Assembly (NCBI GenBank): GCA_033722375.1
Contig: JAWVZB010000001.1
Location: 5,175-69,174, forward strand
DNA length: 64,000 bases
DNA from: Nitriliruptorales bacterium
Lineage (GTDB): Bacteria > Actinomycetota > Nitriliruptoria > Nitriliruptorales > Nitriliruptoraceae
Direction: 5' to 3'
The notes beneath the pieces were generated by a model. It had not been told where the DNA came from. It worked only from the letters and a program-made list of their open reading frames with translations, and did no database searches. The stretch's first letter is position 1; the number at the start of each line of letters is the position of its first letter. The translations under genes and the position numbers were made by a program. Shown piece by piece: positions 62,490-64,000 of this stretch.

Positions 62490-63778
62490 CCGACACCATC
62501 ATCGAGGTCGAGGATCTCCACACCCATTTCGACGTAGGGGGCAGCCTCTTCGGCGGCGAGGGGGACGTCGTTCGGGCTGTCGACGGGGTCAGCTTCGACA
62601 TCCGACGCGGTGAGATCTTCGGGCTCGTGGGCGAGTCCGGGTCCGGCAAGACCACGCTGGGTCGGACGATCCTGGGGCTCGTACCTGCCACCTCCGGACA
62701 CATCCGCTACCGCGACATGGATCTTGCGACACTCGACGAGAAGCAGTTCCGCCCCTTGCGACGGAACCTCGGGATGATCTTCCAGGACCCCAACGCCTCG
62801 CTGAACCCGGCGATGACGGTCGGGCAGGGGGTGGGCCACCCTCTCCGGATCCATGGGATCACGAGCAACCGCGCGGAGACCCGGCGGCGGGCCGCCGAGA
62901 TGCTGGACCGCTGTGGTCTGTCGCCGGGGGAGCAGTTCCTCGACACCTACCCCGAGGATCTGTCGGGCGGCCAGAAGCAACGGGTCGTCATCGCGCGAGC
63001 CCTCATCACCGAACCCGAGCTCGTCGTGGCTGACGAGCCGGTCGCATCGCTCGACATGTCGATCCGGGCCAAAGTCCTCGAGCTCATGATGGATCTGCAG
63101 GACGACCTCGGCCTCACCTACCTCTACATCACCCACGACCTTGCGTCCGGGAAGTTCGTCTGTGACCGGATGGCGATCATGTACCTCGGCCAGATGGTGG
63201 AGTGGGGGGAATCCGAGGACATCTACGACGATCCGCAGCATCCCTACACCAGGGCTCTGCTCGAGGCCATCCCGCTGCCGGATCCGTCACGGCGGGACCG
63301 CGACAAGAAGCTGCCGCGGGGTGAGATCCCTGATGCCCTGGACCCACCACGCGGGTGCCGGTTCCACCCCCGCTGTCCCGAGGCGTTCGAGCCCTGCGGC
63401 TGGGAGCCGAAGGACCTCGTCGATGCCCTCGAGGAGCGGTGGACCACCGTCGACGAAGACACCTTCGAACGGGAGCTCGGCATGACCGGCGACCTCGAGC
63501 GCGTGGGCTTCGAGGGTTCGCGGCTCCGGTTCAGCCCCGAGGACAGGAACGCGTTCTCGACCTGGCTCCAGGACGTCGGGCCCGAGCTTCCGACCGCGGT
63601 GTGGAGCGGCGTCGAGACCGTCGAGCGCGACGGGGACGATGTCGTGGTCCGTTTCCGGTTCGGCCCGGAGCCCGGTCAGCAGCAACACGCCGGGCGCACC
63701 GTCGCCTGTCACCTCCATGGCGTCGTCGCCCGTCCCGACGGCGACCACGTCGGCGAGCCCGTGGACGCGACCACGTGA
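62486..63778 (+). CDS. ABC transporter ATP-binding protein (DppF/OppF type) with ~125-aa C-terminal extension
   Basis: Walker A GESGSGKTT, signature LSGGQKQR, Walker B VVADEPVASLD, then HPYTRALL and CRFHPRCP. An extra 125 aa follows. Confidence 0.9.
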   Translation: MTDTIIEVEDLHTHFDVGGSLFGGEGDVVRAVDGVSFDIRRGEIFGLVGESGSGKTTLGRTILGLVPATSGHIRYRDMDLATLDEKQFRPLRRNLGMIFQDPNASLNPAMTVGQGVGHPLRIHGITSNRAETRRRAAEMLDRCGLSPGEQFLDTYPEDLSGGQKQRVVIARALITEPELVVADEPVASLDMSIRAKVLELMMDLQDDLGLTYLYITHDLASGKFVCDRMAIMYLGQMVEWGESEDIYDDPQHPYTRALLEAIPLPDPSRRDRDKKLPRGEIPDALDPPRGCRFHPRCPEAFEPCGWEPKDLVDALEERWTTVDEDTFERELGMTGDLERVGFEGSRLRFSPEDRNAFSTWLQDVGPELPTAVWSGVETVERDGDDVVVRFRFGPEPGQQQHAGRTVACHLHGVVARPDGDHVGEPVDATT

Positions 63779-64000
63779 GGGAGTCGCGTCACGACCACGA
63801 TGCCGGTGGCGATCCCGAGGTCCTGGATCGGAAGGCGGAGCTGCGGCAGCAGGTGTGGGACGCGATCAGCGATGCAGGCGTCGGGCGCTTCCCCGGCGCA
63901 CACGGTCGGATCCCCAACTTCACCGGGGCCGAGGACGCGGCCGAACGGCTGCGGGACACCGATGCCTGGCGAAGCGCAGCGACCCTGAAGTCGAACCCCG
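63775..64000 (+). CDS. 5-formyltetrahydrofolate cyclo-ligase-family protein (3-prime end outside the window)
   Basis: The GTG overlaps the preceding stop (GTGA). The open frame to the window end reads LDRKAELRQQVWDAISDAGVGRFPGAHGRIPNFTGAEDAAERL..W..A..LKSNP, matching the family N-terminus as I remember it. It is not in the supplied ORF track because it has no stop. Confidence 0.55.
   Translation, partial: MRESRHDHDAGGDPEVLDRKAELRQQVWDAISDAGVGRFPGAHGRIPNFTGAEDAAERLRDTDAWRSAATLKSNP

Noticed and set aside
1-64000. A scan of intergenic regions for tRNA, rRNA, tmRNA, transposase, integrase, phage or toxin-antitoxin genes.
   Set aside because: No cloverleaf-like sequences, rRNA-like stretches or recognisable mobile-element or TA proteins were seen. 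Intergenic gaps are short, mostly under 150 nt, apart from 33032-33266 and 55927-56235.

Overview
All calls come from reading the ORF translations and the DNA by eye; no searches or computations were run. The window is a very GC-rich chromosomal segment (about 70% by eye, not computed) that looks actinobacterial. It carries about 56 protein-coding genes on both strands, and many are translationally coupled by 4-nt ATGA/GTGA overlaps. I found no rRNA, tRNA, CRISPR array, transposase, integrase or phage gene.

Gene content in order:
- Aldo/keto reductase.
- LigC-like ATP-dependent DNA ligase convergent with a primase-polymerase.
- Acyl-CoA synthetase.
- [NiFe]-hydrogenase small and large subunits, then a soluble PAS-GAF histidine kinase, a receiver-only response regulator and a convergent maturation-protease-like gene.
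- HelZ-like SNF2 helicase plus a SWIM zinc-finger protein.
- AtuA-family protein, alpha/beta hydrolase and SDR.
- Small membrane protein, methyltransferase and sulfatase-like operon.
- HtrA protease divergent from an OmpR-type regulator, kinase and M23 peptidase operon.
- CrtI-like oxidoreductase.
- Solute-binding lipoprotein coupled to a NarL-type kinase, with a convergent LuxR-type regulator.
- MFS transporter.
- Four-gene FAD oxidoreductase / DUF1365 / two CFA-synthase-like methyltransferases operon.
- SURF1, Crp/Fnr regulator, BBE-type FAD oxidase, formamidase, GlpD and an esterase lipoprotein.
- NAGGN osmoprotectant trio (asnO-ngg-M42 peptidase).
- LLM oxidoreductase.
- NirK with a fused C-terminal cupredoxin, divergent from an Rrf2 regulator plus a polytopic membrane protein.
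- Sensor-less histidine kinase, RmuC, a five-gene Opp/Dpp-type ABC importer and the start of a 5-formyl-THF cyclo-ligase-family gene.

The best candidate for an undescribed system is the 6.5-11.8 kb hydrogenase/two-component module. The small subunit has no Tat signal and only 8 Cys, so the distal-cluster ligands are absent. The large subunit reads RVAGA where standard enzymes read RIEGH. The kinase gene starts 10 nt after the large-subunit stop. This looks like a non-canonical H2-sensing two-component system.

Family assignments rest on recognised motifs, and start codons are best guesses.
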